64,000 nucleotides of DNA from Verrucomicrobiota bacterium (lineage in GTDB: Bacteria; Verrucomicrobiota; Verrucomicrobiia; Limisphaerales; Palsa-1400): the NCBI GenBank assembly GCA_049510745.1, contig JBEKYR010000008.1:32001-96000 (forward strand), written 5' to 3'. Shown here piece by piece: positions 45,241-55,759 of this stretch; position 1 is the first letter of the stretch, and the number at the start of each line of letters is the position of its first letter. The notes under the pieces were generated by a model. The model was given only the letters and a program-made list of their open reading frames with translations, was not told the origin of the DNA and searched no databases. The position numbers were made by a program, and so were the translations under genes.

Positions 45241-48200
45241 ATGTTATCGAGGTTTTTCCTGAAGCGTCCGGTCTTCGCCTGGGTCATCGCCATCATCCTG
45301 ATGGTGGCGGGTGGCTTGGCGATTTTCAGTCTGCCCATCTCGCAGTATCCGCCCATCGCTCCCCCTTCCATCGCCATCACCGCGTTTTATCCGGGTGCCT
45401 CGGCGGAGACGGTTGAAAACAGCGTGACGCAGATTATCGAGCAGAAGATGTCCGGCTTCGACATGATGCTGTACTTGTCCGCCACCAGCGATTCGTCCGG
45501 CAATGCCCGTGTTGAGCTGACGTTTGCTCCCGGCACCGATCCGGACCTGGCCTGGGCCCAGGTGCAGAACAAGCTCCAGCTCGCCACGGCCAGCCTGCCG
45601 GAGGTGGTACAGCGCCAAGGCGTGATGGTGAGCAAATCGACTCGAAACTACCTGTTGGTCGTCGGCCTGATCTCGGAAGACGGGAGCATGGATGGGAATG
45701 ACTTGCGGGACTATGCCCAGTCCAGCTTGGAGAAGGTGCTTTCGCGGGTGCCGGGGGTGGGTGAAGTGGACGAATTCGGCAGCCAGTATTCGATGCGCAT
45801 CTGGCTCAATCCGGACAAGCTGACCGAGTATAACATGACGATTCAGGATGTGACCGCAGCGCTGCAAGCCTACAACGTGGAAGTGTCCGCAGGGCAGTTC
45901 GGCGGAGCGCCGGCGGAGAAAGGCCAGCGCCTGAACGCCTCCATCATTGTCCAAAGCCTGCTCAAGACACCCGAGGAGTTTGCCTCCATCCCAATCCGCA
46001 CGAATCCCGATGGCTCCCGGGTGCGGATCAAGGATGTGGGACGGACGGAACTGGGGACTGAATCCTACGATGTCGAAGTCTTTCACAATGGCAAGCCCGC
46101 CGCCGGCATGGCCATCCGGCAGGCCGCCGGCGCCAACGCCTTGGACACGGCCAATGCCATCAGGGCCAAGCTGGTAGAGATGAGCCACTACTTTCCCCCC
46201 GGCATGAAGGTCGTTTATCCCTATGACACCACGCCCTTTGTCAGGGTGGCCATCGGCGAGGTGGTCAAGACTCTGTTCGAGGCGGTCGCGCTGGTTTTCC
46301 TGGTGATGTATCTGTTTATGGGAACCATGCGGGCCACGTTGATTCCGACCATCGCTGTGCCCGTGGTGCTCCTCGGAACTTTCGCGGTCTTGGGGCTTCT
46401 CGGCTTTTCCATCAACATGCTCACCATGTTCGCCATGGTGCTGGCCATCGGCCTTCTGGTGGACGATGCCATTGTCGTTGTGGAAAACGTGGAGCGCATC
46501 ATGAGCGAGGAAGGGCTTTCACCGTTGGAGGCCACTCGGAAGTCCATGGACCAAATCACCAGCGCCTTGATCGGCATCGGCCTGGTGCTCTCGGCCGTCT
46601 TCGGCCCCATGGCGTTTTTTAAAGGCTCCACCGGGGTCATTTACCGTCAGTTTTCCGTAACCATCATCGCTTCCATGCTTCTTTCGGTCGTCGTAGCCCT
46701 GGTCTTGACTCCGGTGCTGTGCGCCTCGTTTCTCAAGCCGGTGGCCAAGGGGCACGAAGCGGCTGAAGGGGGAGTCTGGTTTCTGCGGCCGTTCTTTCTA
46801 GGGTTCGACCGCGTCTTTTTTCGGACCAGAGACCGCTATCTGCAACTGGTGGGCCGGTCCCTTTTCAAGAAGGTCCGCTATGTGGTCATTTTCCTGCTGA
46901 TCGTGGTGGCCATGGGATTTCTCTTCAGGCGGATGCCCACGGCTTATCTCCCAGACGAAGACCAGGGAATCCTGATCGTGCAGGCCATGCTCCCGGCGAA
47001 CTCGACGCTGGAGCAGACCGAAACGGTGATGGATGGAGTCAATGACTATTTTCTCAACCATGAGAAAGACGCGGTTGAATCCTGCCTGACGGTCTCCGGG
47101 ATGAACCTCTCCGGCCAGGGACAGAATGGGGGCATGGCCTTCGTCAAACTGAAGGATTGGAATCTGCGCGAACGCGCGGATCTGAAAGTGGATGCCGTGG
47201 TCGGACGAGCCATGGGGAAATTTTCCCAGATCCGCAACGCCATGGTGTTTGCCTTCGCGCCGCCGGCGGTGGTGGAACTGGGCATCGCCAAGGGGTTTGA
47301 TTTTCAGTTGCTGGATCGCGGCGGTCTGGGCCACGCCCAACTGGTGGCCGCCCGCAACCAACTCCTGGGCATGGCGGCACAGGACCCGGTATTGGCCAAG
47401 GTTCGGCCCAATGGTTTTGAAGATGTCCCCGAGTATCGGGTGGACGTGGACTGGGAGAAGGCTGGCGCGATGGGGGTGCCGATCAGCGACATTCACAACA
47501 CGATCTCGACCGCCTTCGGCAGTGCGTATGTCAATGACTTCATCCAAGGCGGCCGTGTCAAGAGGGTATTTGTCCAAGCCGACGCCCCCTACCGCATGTT
47601 GCCCAAAGACCTGGAAAAACTTTACGTGCGCAACAACGTCGGCAGGATGGTTCCCTTTTCTTCCTTTGCCTCCGGGCACTGGACTTCCGGCTCTCCGAGG
47701 CTGGAGCGATTCAACAGCTTTCCGTCCATAAACATTTTGGGCGAGTCGGCGCCGGGGAGGAGTTCCGGAGAGGCCATGCAAGCCATGGAAGGATTCGTCA
47801 AAAAGTTGCCGCGGGGCGCCGGTTTTGACTGGAACGGGCTTTCCTACCAGGAACGACAAGCCGGTTCCCAGACGGCTCCCATTTACGCCTTTTCCATCCT
47901 TGTGATCTTCCTTTGCCTGGCAGCCCTGTATGAGAGTTGGCCGATTCCCATTTCGATCCTCCTGGCCCTGCCCCTGGGAGCCATTGGCGGCGTGATCGCC
48001 TCGTCGCTCCGGGGATTGCCCAATGACATCTATTTCCAGATCGGGCTGTTGACCACCCTTGGCCTGACGACCAAGAACGCCATCCTGATCGTGCAGTTTG
48101 CCAAGTCACGAGTAGATGAAGGGATGGGACTGATCGAGGCGACTCTGGAAGCCGCCAAACTGAGGTTGCGTCCTATTATCATGACCTCGCTGGCGTTCGG

Positions 48201-48414
48201 GTTCGGGGTCCTGCCGCTGGCCTTGGCAGGGGGGGCGGGTTCAGGCGCTCAAAAGGCCATCGGCACCGCCGTGCTGGGCGGAGTGGTCACCTCCACCTTC
48301 CTGGTCACCCTGTTTGCGCCGCTGTTCTATGTGTTAATCCAGAAGAACTTTGGCAAACGCCGTCAGCCTCCGGCGGCGGCGAATGCCGGGGCCGCTCCCT
48401 CCAGCGATCATTGA
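45241..48414 (+). CDS. AcrB/MexB-like HAE1 RND transporter
   Basis: FFLKRPVFAWVIAI, GLLVDDAIVVVENVER, KNAILIVQF, RLRPIIMTSLAF. Confidence 0.96.
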   Translation: MLSRFFLKRPVFAWVIAIILMVAGGLAIFSLPISQYPPIAPPSIAITAFYPGASAETVENSVTQIIEQKMSGFDMMLYLSATSDSSGNARVELTFAPGTDPDLAWAQVQNKLQLATASLPEVVQRQGVMVSKSTRNYLLVVGLISEDGSMDGNDLRDYAQSSLEKVLSRVPGVGEVDEFGSQYSMRIWLNPDKLTEYNMTIQDVTAALQAYNVEVSAGQFGGAPAEKGQRLNASIIVQSLLKTPEEFASIPIRTNPDGSRVRIKDVGRTELGTESYDVEVFHNGKPAAGMAIRQAAGANALDTANAIRAKLVEMSHYFPPGMKVVYPYDTTPFVRVAIGEVVKTLFEAVALVFLVMYLFMGTMRATLIPTIAVPVVLLGTFAVLGLLGFSINMLTMFAMVLAIGLLVDDAIVVVENVERIMSEEGLSPLEATRKSMDQITSALIGIGLVLSAVFGPMAFFKGSTGVIYRQFSVTIIASMLLSVVVALVLTPVLCASFLKPVAKGHEAAEGGVWFLRPFFLGFDRVFFRTRDRYLQLVGRSLFKKVRYVVIFLLIVVAMGFLFRRMPTAYLPDEDQGILIVQAMLPANSTLEQTETVMDGVNDYFLNHEKDAVESCLTVSGMNLSGQGQNGGMAFVKLKDWNLRERADLKVDAVVGRAMGKFSQIRNAMVFAFAPPAVVELGIAKGFDFQLLDRGGLGHAQLVAARNQLLGMAAQDPVLAKVRPNGFEDVPEYRVDVDWEKAGAMGVPISDIHNTISTAFGSAYVNDFIQGGRVKRVFVQADAPYRMLPKDLEKLYVRNNVGRMVPFSSFASGHWTSGSPRLERFNSFPSINILGESAPGRSSGEAMQAMEGFVKKLPRGAGFDWNGLSYQERQAGSQTAPIYAFSILVIFLCLAALYESWPIPISILLALPLGAIGGVIASSLRGLPNDIYFQIGLLTTLGLTTKNAILIVQFAKSRVDEGMGLIEATLEAAKLRLRPIIMTSLAFGFGVLPLALAGGAGSGAQKAIGTAVLGGVVTSTFLVTLFAPLFYVLIQKNFGKRRQPPAAANAGAAPSSDH

Positions 48415-48415
48415 A

Positions 48416-49849
48416 ATGAATAAGAACCTCTTTCTTCTTCTGCTTGGCCTGGCCATCGTCCCGGCCGGCTGCACGCTGGCTCCGAAATACACCCAGCCCA
48501 AAGCGCCGGTCCCCGCCGACTGGCCCACGGGCACAGCGTACCAGCGCATCCAGCCGACCAATGCGGAGGAGGCGCGGCCACTGCGCTGGCGGGAATTCTT
48601 CACCGACGAAAAACTGCAACAAATCATCGCGGCGGCCTTGACGAACAACCGCGATCTGCGGATTGCCGCCCTGAATGTGGAGATGGCCCGCGCGCAGTAC
48701 GGCATTCAAAGAGCCGAACTGCTGCCAACGGTCAATGCGACCGGCAGCTTTGCCAAACAACGGATTCCCGCCTATGTCGAGGGCTTCCCGGAACCGATGA
48801 CGATCAAAAGCTACGGTGTCAATCTCGGCGTCGCCTCCTGGGAGATCGACTTCTTCGGCCGCATCCGCAGCCTGAAGGATCACGCGCTGCAGGAGTACCT
48901 GGCGACGGAGCAGGCCCGCCGCAGCGCGCAGATTCTGCTGGTGTCGTCGGTCGCCCGGGCGTATCTGGCGCTGGCGGCGGATCGGGAGAGTCTGGCCGTG
49001 GCGGAAAACACACTGGCGGCGCAGCGGAGCACTTACAACATGGTCAAGCGGCGCCATGACCTGGGCCTTGCGGGAGATTTGGATGTCGAGCGCGCGCAAA
49101 CGCAGGTGGCCGGCGCTCGCCGGGACATCGCCAGCTTCCAACAACTGATCGCGCAGGATGAAAACGCTTTGAACCTTTTGGCCGGCTCACCGGCGCCGGG
49201 CAACCTCCTGCCGGCGGAGTTGGGGCAAGTCACGCCTCCCAAGGAACTCAGCGCGGGCGTGTCCTCCGACGTGCTCTTGCGCCGGCCGGACGTGGTTCAA
49301 GCCGAAGACCTGCTCAAAGCGGCCAACGCCGATATCGGCGCGGCGCGGGCGGCATTTTTCCCGCAAATTTCCCTGACCTCCGCCATTGGCACCGCCAGCA
49401 GCGATCTCTCCGGACTGTTCAAACCCGGCTCAAGCGCGTGGAATTTTGCGCCGCAGATTGTCATGCCGATTTTCGATGCGCGCACGTGGTCGGCGCACAA
49501 GGCCGCCAAAGTGCAATGTGAGATCGCCCTGACCCAGTACGAGAAGGCGATTCAGAGCGCCTTCCGGGAGGTGGCCGACGCCCTTGCCATCCGCGGCACC
49601 GTGGACCAGCAGATCGAGGCGCAACAATCCCTGGTTCAGGCCGTGGCGGAAACGTATCGGTTGTCCAATTCCCGTTACAACATGGGGATCGACAGCTACC
49701 TGAGCGTCCTTGACGCGCAACGGTCCCTCTACGCCGCGCAGCAGGGGCTGGTCTCCCTCCGCCTGGCAAAGCTGGCCAACCGGGTGACGCTTTACGCGGC
49801 GCTCGGCGGCGGCTGGGAGCCGCCGGCCCCGTCTGAAAAACGGAACTGA
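48416..49849 (+). CDS. OprM/NodT-like outer membrane efflux lipoprotein
   Basis: lipobox PAGC-TLAP, NNRDLRIA, WEIDFFG, RRPDV, LYAALGGGW. Confidence 0.95.
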   Translation: MNKNLFLLLLGLAIVPAGCTLAPKYTQPKAPVPADWPTGTAYQRIQPTNAEEARPLRWREFFTDEKLQQIIAAALTNNRDLRIAALNVEMARAQYGIQRAELLPTVNATGSFAKQRIPAYVEGFPEPMTIKSYGVNLGVASWEIDFFGRIRSLKDHALQEYLATEQARRSAQILLVSSVARAYLALAADRESLAVAENTLAAQRSTYNMVKRRHDLGLAGDLDVERAQTQVAGARRDIASFQQLIAQDENALNLLAGSPAPGNLLPAELGQVTPPKELSAGVSSDVLLRRPDVVQAEDLLKAANADIGAARAAFFPQISLTSAIGTASSDLSGLFKPGSSAWNFAPQIVMPIFDARTWSAHKAAKVQCEIALTQYEKAIQSAFREVADALAIRGTVDQQIEAQQSLVQAVAETYRLSNSRYNMGIDSYLSVLDAQRSLYAAQQGLVSLRLAKLANRVTLYAALGGGWEPPAPSEKRN

Positions 49850-49961
49850 GCGTATTACCCATACTAATTATCATTTTAAGACGCGCTCTTATGGCATGGC
49901 GGGGCCGCCGGAGACAGGCACAAACCTTGAATTCACGGCGGATTCTGGTTAAATCGCGGGC

Positions 49962-51032
49962 ATGTCTTCACGGATGGGAAGCCCTTATGAGGCCGGCGTC
50001 AAACCGGCCCGCCGCCAGTTCGCCAGCGACAACTACGCCGGGATTTGTCCCGAAGCGTGGGCGGCGATGGAACAAGCCAATCACGGCCATGCCGCCGCCT
50101 ACGGGAACGACTCGTGGACGCAAGAGGCCGCGGACCTGATCCGCGACATCTTTGAAACCCGCTGCGAAGTGTTTTTCGTCTTCAACGGCACGGCCGCCAA
50201 CTCGCTTTCGCTGGCGTCGTTGTGCCAATCCTATCACAGCATCATCTGCCACGAGTTGGCGCACGTCGAAACCGACGAGTGCGGCGCGCCCGAGTTTTTT
50301 TCCAACGGCACAAAGGTGCTCACCGTCGGCGGCGCCGGGGGCAAAATGACGCCCGACGCCATCCAACGCATCGTCGAGCGGCGGTCCGATATTCATTATC
50401 CCAAGCCGCGCGCCGTGAGCCTGACGCAGGCGACGGAAGTCGGCACGGTTTATTCGGCGGATGAACTCAAAGCCATTTGGGCGGTCGCCAAGTCGCTCGG
50501 CTTGCGCATCCACATGGATGGCGCGCGCTTTGCCAATGCCGTCGTCTCGCTCGGTGTCAAGCCGAAGGAAATCACGTGGCAGGCGGGGGTGGACGTGCTC
50601 TGCTTTGGCGGGAGCAAGAACGGGGTGGGCATCGGCGACGCGGTGGTGTTTTTCGACGTGAAGCTGGCCGAGGAGTTCGCCTACCGCTGCAAACAGGCGG
50701 GACAGCTTGCCTCGAAAATGCGCTACCTGTCCGCGCCGTGGCTGGGACTGTTGCGGGAGGGGGCCTGGCTGCGGCACGCCGCGCACGCCAACCGCATGGC
50801 CGCCCGGCTCGAAGCCGGCCTGCGCCGGAGCGCCGGGGTCAAATTCCTTTTTCCGCGCCAGGCCAACGCCGTCTTTGCCGAAATCCCCCCCGCCGCCGTG
50901 GATGGCATGTGGAAAAAGGGCTGGCTGTTTTACACGTTCATCGGGAGCGGCGGCTGCCGGCTGATGTGCGCCTGGGACACCACGGAGGCCGACGTGGACG
51001 CCTTTCTCGGCGACTTGAATTCGGTATTGTGA
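49962..51032 (+). CDS. ltaE: low-specificity L-threonine aldolase
   Basis: FASDNYAG, FVFNGTAAN, DECGAPEF, HMDGARFANA, FGGSKNG. Confidence 0.92.
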   Translation: MSSRMGSPYEAGVKPARRQFASDNYAGICPEAWAAMEQANHGHAAAYGNDSWTQEAADLIRDIFETRCEVFFVFNGTAANSLSLASLCQSYHSIICHELAHVETDECGAPEFFSNGTKVLTVGGAGGKMTPDAIQRIVERRSDIHYPKPRAVSLTQATEVGTVYSADELKAIWAVAKSLGLRIHMDGARFANAVVSLGVKPKEITWQAGVDVLCFGGSKNGVGIGDAVVFFDVKLAEEFAYRCKQAGQLASKMRYLSAPWLGLLREGAWLRHAAHANRMAARLEAGLRRSAGVKFLFPRQANAVFAEIPPAAVDGMWKKGWLFYTFIGSGGCRLMCAWDTTEADVDAFLGDLNSVL

Positions 51033-51122
51033 GTTTTGCGGTTTGCCGCCGCGATGGGGCCGGATGTGGTCAAATTTAGCCATCGGCGAGTGGTGGATAC
51101 CCCACCCCCCCCTGTTGTTTGG

Positions 51123-51173
51123 GGTTTGATTTGGTTTGATTTAGTTTGATTTGGTTTGATTTTCGCTTGATTT
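51123..51173. repeat. 10-nt tandem repeat (GGTTTGATTT) after a poly-C tract
   Basis: ggtttgattt ggtttgattt agtttgattt ggtttgattt ...cttgattt. Confidence 0.85.
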
Positions 51174-51426
51174 GCCTTGACCGAAATCTGCCGGAGGGGC
51201 CGGACGGGCAGAATCTGCCGGTGGACCGCCGGCCCGGATGCAAGCCGCCGGGTTGGCAGCGGATCGGCTGGAGCCGGACCGCGTCCTCCCCCATGTGATG
51301 ATTCCAGTTTTCATCGATGGATGTGATACCACAGGATAATGGAGTTTGGCAAGAACTTTTTCAGGAAAAGAGGATTTAACCGCATCCTCCTTCGCTGAAG
51401 CTATGGAGGACGGGGAGAGCGCAGCG

Positions 51427-51597
51427 CGGCCACTCAGCGCGTCGCTTATCAAGTATCTGGCCGATAAAAAAGCCGGCAAAGGCGTCTATCACGAGGCGTC
51501 TTGTCCGATGGCCGAGGCCAGTTGGCTGCAAATGAGCAAGGACATCCGAAACCCCTACATGGGCAAGGAAATGGCCGACTGCGGCGAGCTGAAGAAT
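51427..51597 (+). pseudogene. DUF3347-like metal-binding domain remnant
   Basis: PLSASLIKYL...CPMAEASWLQMSKDIRNPYMGKEMADCGE; no credible start, with a REP-like hairpin directly upstream. Confidence 0.55.
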
Positions 51598-51787
51598 CAG
51601 CCGGCGGATTTCCGCAACGGGATGGACGGCTTGGCGCAAGTGCTCCAGAGACAGTTCAATGACGGCCCAATGGCGGGCGTCTCGGTGGTTGTTTAGCCAT
51701 ATCTTGTCAGGCAGAGCGCAAATTCTGTTTGCTTTTTGGCGGTGGACACGGTATTTTTTTGCTTCCGATGCCAATAAATCAAATCCC

Positions 51788-54700
51788 ATGAAGAAATGCG
51801 TTTTAATCCTGCTCCCCTTGGTCCTGCTCACCATCACCCCCAGCCTGCCCGCCCAGGGCACGGCCTTCACCTATCAAGGCCAGCTCCAAAACAACGGCAG
51901 CCCGGCCGACGGCCATTACGACTTCACCTTCGCGCTGTTCGATAACAGCAGCACCAACACCGGCCAGCAGGTCGGCGTCACGAAGACCAACCTCGACGTC
52001 GGCGTGACCAACGGCCTGTTCACCGTCACGCTCGAGTTCGGCGAGAACTTTCCCGGCGCGAGCCGCTGGCTGGCCATTGGTGTGCGCACCAACGGCGGCG
52101 GCACGTTCACCCCGCTGGCGCCGCTCCAGCCGTTGACGCCCACGCCCTATGCCATTTACTCGCCCAATGCGGGGGCGGCGGCGAGCGCGAACTCGGTGGC
52201 GGGGTCGAACGTCGTGGGGAGCATCCCGGTGGGCGGACTGCCGGCCATTGTCCTGACCAATGGCGCGAGCGGGGTGAACATTTCCGGGGCGTTCAGTGGC
52301 AATGTCACTGCCACGAGCCTGCAAATGGCGCCCTTGACGGTGGTTTCCTCCACCAACTATGCCACCAATGGAACCTATACGTTCACCGTGCCCCCTTCGG
52401 TGACGGGCATGGTTGTCAAACTCTGGGGCGCAGGTGGAGGCGGGGGAGATTTTACTTCCGGCGGCGGCGGCGCCTTCTCGCAAGTATCGCTTAATGTGAC
52501 ACCCGGGGACACCTACGTGGTAGTGGTCGGCCAGGGGGGCGGCACCTATGCAGGTAACGATGCCGGTGGAGGAGCAGGATCTAATGATGGCAGTGGCGGC
52601 GCTGGCAATAATCTTGCCGGCGGCGGAGGCCAGGCCAGTTCGCTTTTCCATTACACCGGTTCGGCCTACATCATGCAAGCGGTGGCGGGCGGCGGCAGCG
52701 GCGGCTCAGATATAATCGCTGGCGCTGGAGGCCAGGCCAGCGGCTCCGGCGCCGGCTACGCTGCCGACGCGACGACGACTGGCGTAACCAATCTGGATTT
52801 GGTGGGTGGGGATGGACAGAGTCCGCCCAACCAAGCTACTGGCGGTGGCGGGGGCGGATACGGAGGCGGCGCGTCCCAGGGCTACCCCGGCAACTTTGTC
52901 TTTGGCGGTGGCTCGTATGGAGACGTAACTTTGGGCGGCGGCAACGTCACCCCCGGAAACACTGCTGATACCAACTATCTGGCCGGCTCGGGCATTGGCG
53001 GCAGCACAACGCCAACGAGCGGCGGGGACGGGTTGGCGGTAGTTCTCTTTGGCACAGGGGGTGGGTTGGGCGTCACCACGCTAACGGTGGGCGGCAGGAT
53101 CGGCATTGGCACCTCCGACCCCCAGCAAAAGCTGGATGTCAATGGGAATATCAATGCCAGCGGGGCCGTCACAGCCGCGAGCATTTCCGGCAATGTCGCA
53201 GCCGCGAGCCTGCAAATTGCGCCCTTGACGGTGGTGTCATCCACAACCTATGCCGCCAATGGAATCTATGCGTTCACCGTGCCGCCTTCCGTAACGAGTA
53301 TGGTCGTCAAGCTCTGGGGCGCAGGCGGCGGCGGAGGAGATTACACTTCCGGCGGCGGCGGCGCCTTCTCGCTGGTTTCGCTTAATGTGACGCCCGGAGA
53401 CACTTACGTGGTGGTGGTCGGCCAGGGCGGTGGCACCTATTCTAATAATGTTTCGGGAGGTGGAGCCGGAGCCAACGATGGCAGTGGCGGAGCCGGGTTT
53501 ATTAGCGGCACTGCCTATGCCGGCACTGGAGGCCAGGCCAGTTCGCTGTTCCTTTACAACGGCTTGGCCTACATCATGCAAGCGGTGGCGGGCGGCGGCG
53601 GCGCCGGCTCGGACTCTTGGGAGGCCACAGGGGGTCAGGCCGGCGGCTCCGGCAGCGGATACGCTGCCAACGCGACGACGACTGGCGTAACCAATCTGGA
53701 TCTGGTGGGCGGGGATGGACAGGCTGCGGATTTCATCGATACTGGCGGTTGCGGCGGCGGTTACGGAGGCGGCATCTTGTATGGTGAAACCAGCCAGGGC
53801 GGTGGCTCCTATGGGAACTTTACCATCGGCGGCAGCGTGGTCAGCCCCGGGAACACCGCTGATTCCAACTATCTCGCCGGCTCCGGCATCGGCGGCGGCA
53901 GCGGCGGTATCAACGCCACAGCCGGCAGCGACGGATTGGCGGTGGTTCTCTTTGGCACAGGGGGTGTCAATGGGAACCTCAACGCCAACGGGGCCGTCAC
54001 GGCCGCGACCTTTTCCGGCGACGGCGGCGGCTTGACGGACTTGAATGCGGCCAATCTCACCGGCGCACTGCCGGCCATCAGCGGGGCCAATCTGACGAGT
54101 TTGACGGCGGCCAATCTCCTCGGCCCACTGCCAGCCATCAGCGGCGCGAATCTGACGGACTTGAATGCGGCCAAGCTCACTGGCCCACTGCCGGCCATCA
54201 GCGGCGCGAATCTCACCGCCCTGCCCACCAACGCCGCGTTGCTCTCTTCCAACCAGACCTTTACCGGGCTGAATACTTTCAGTGCCGTGGCCGTCTTTAA
54301 TGGCGGAATTTCCAACAACAACGCAAACGGCTATGAGCAGAGTTCGCTGGGTGCGTTTAACATTGATGCCTCGGGCTTGACGGGCGGACGAATGACCGTG
54401 ACCACCGGCGGCCTGGTCGGCATCGGCACGAACAATCCTTCGACCCGATTGAATGTTGTCGGCACTGGCGTCACGGACGATGGCAAGTTGTTGATTCAGA
54501 CAACCGGCGGGTCTTTTGGGCCCCAGTTGCGCCTTAACAAGGGAGGAACCGGCGGGCAAGAATGGGTCTTCGTGGCAAATGGCACGGCCAATGGGGCGGT
54601 CGGCGCGTTGCAGATTGTTGAGTCCGGGCTCGGGACGCGCCTGATGATCGCGACCAATGGCGACGTGGGCATTGGCACGACCAGTCCCGACTCGCTCCTG

Positions 54701-55147
54701 ACCGTCGATGGCACGGCGGACAAACCCGGCGGCGGTTCGTGGAACACGTTTTCGGACGCGCGGTTGAAAGATGTCGGCGCTGCTTTCACCCACGGGATGG
54801 AGGCGTTGGCAGCGCTACAGCCCGTCCACTACCATTACAAGCCGGAAAATCCGCTGAATCTTCCTTCCCAGCCGGATTACATCGGCGTAGTCGCCCAGCA
54901 GGTGCAAGGCGTCATTCCCGAAGCCGTCCAGAAGAATCAAGACGGCTACCTCACCGTCAATAACGACCCGATTATCTGGACCATGGTCAATGCCATCAAG
55001 GAGTTGAATCAAAAGCACGAGGCCGAAGAGAAGGAAAAGGACGCGGAGATTGCCGCGCTGAAGTCCAAAGCCGACAAAGTGGATGCGCTTCAAAATCGTC
55101 TGGATGAACTGGAAACGACGGTAAGAGCGCTCGCTGAAAAGAAATGA
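51788..55147 (+). CDS. secreted tail-fibre-like protein with duplicated glycine-rich domain and C-terminal peptidase S74 chaperone
   Basis: signal peptide, AFTYQGQL domain, two VVKLWGAGGGGG domains, GRIGIGTSDP repeats, FSDARLK autocleavage motif, IGVVAQQVQ, coiled-coil end. Confidence 0.9.
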   Translation: MKKCVLILLPLVLLTITPSLPAQGTAFTYQGQLQNNGSPADGHYDFTFALFDNSSTNTGQQVGVTKTNLDVGVTNGLFTVTLEFGENFPGASRWLAIGVRTNGGGTFTPLAPLQPLTPTPYAIYSPNAGAAASANSVAGSNVVGSIPVGGLPAIVLTNGASGVNISGAFSGNVTATSLQMAPLTVVSSTNYATNGTYTFTVPPSVTGMVVKLWGAGGGGGDFTSGGGGAFSQVSLNVTPGDTYVVVVGQGGGTYAGNDAGGGAGSNDGSGGAGNNLAGGGGQASSLFHYTGSAYIMQAVAGGGSGGSDIIAGAGGQASGSGAGYAADATTTGVTNLDLVGGDGQSPPNQATGGGGGGYGGGASQGYPGNFVFGGGSYGDVTLGGGNVTPGNTADTNYLAGSGIGGSTTPTSGGDGLAVVLFGTGGGLGVTTLTVGGRIGIGTSDPQQKLDVNGNINASGAVTAASISGNVAAASLQIAPLTVVSSTTYAANGIYAFTVPPSVTSMVVKLWGAGGGGGDYTSGGGGAFSLVSLNVTPGDTYVVVVGQGGGTYSNNVSGGGAGANDGSGGAGFISGTAYAGTGGQASSLFLYNGLAYIMQAVAGGGGAGSDSWEATGGQAGGSGSGYAANATTTGVTNLDLVGGDGQAADFIDTGGCGGGYGGGILYGETSQGGGSYGNFTIGGSVVSPGNTADSNYLAGSGIGGGSGGINATAGSDGLAVVLFGTGGVNGNLNANGAVTAATFSGDGGGLTDLNAANLTGALPAISGANLTSLTAANLLGPLPAISGANLTDLNAAKLTGPLPAISGANLTALPTNAALLSSNQTFTGLNTFSAVAVFNGGISNNNANGYEQSSLGAFNIDASGLTGGRMTVTTGGLVGIGTNNPSTRLNVVGTGVTDDGKLLIQTTGGSFGPQLRLNKGGTGGQEWVFVANGTANGAVGALQIVESGLGTRLMIATNGDVGIGTTSPDSLLTVDGTADKPGGGSWNTFSDARLKDVGAAFTHGMEALAALQPVHYHYKPENPLNLPSQPDYIGVVAQQVQGVIPEAVQKNQDGYLTVNNDPIIWTMVNAIKELNQKHEAEEKEKDAEIAALKSKADKVDALQNRLDELETTVRALAEKK
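52298..53966 (+). repeat. internal about 770-bp duplication in the fibre gene
   Basis: units about 52298-53063 and 53189-53966, from GNV.A.SLQ.APLTVVSST to DGLAVVLFGTGG. Confidence 0.9.
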
Positions 55148-55190
55148 GGCAAGCCCGGAGAATTTATTCTCCCCGGCCAATCCCAGGGAA

Positions 55191-55586
55191 TCAGGCGGCC
55201 ACTTCCTCGTCGGCGAGTTTGCGGCAGAGGGTGGCCACGCTGAGGTTGAGGAGTTGGGCGGCTTTTTCCTTGTCGCCACCGGCCAGGGCCAGGGCGCGGT
55301 TGACGTAAAATTGCTGGGAGAGGGGATGGCCGGCGCTTTCCGCAGGGCCGGCGGGTGACACGGGCAGACCGGGGGTATCCCCGGGCGCGGTGTCGGGAAT
55401 TTCCACCAGTTCCTCGCTGTCGTCGCTGGGGGCCTGGCGGCGCACGGCGGGGGGCAGATCGGCCACCTTGATGGTGCCGGCTTCGCACAGGGCGCAGGCG
55501 CGTTCGATGGTGTTTTCCAGTTCGCGCACGTTCCCCGGCCAGTCATGCGCCGAAAGCACCTCCAGGGCGTTGCGCATCGCGGCCAA
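55191..55586 (-). pseudogene. C-terminal remnant of a sigma54 activator
   Basis: HDWPGNVRELENTIERA plus Fis-type HTH (AAQLLNLSVATL); AAA core absent. Confidence 0.75.
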
Positions 55587-55759
55587 TCTGGGGGTGGAAA
55601 GTCGCTGGCTGATCCCCGCCTACGAGGACGTTTTTTATTACACTTGGAAGGAACGCCGGCTGCCGTCCAACGTGGCGAGGCGCCGAACACGGCGGGCGAG
55701 GGCGCCCGCGCTCCCCAAAACCCCTACGCCTCAGCGGCTACAGTTTTCATGAAATTGCT

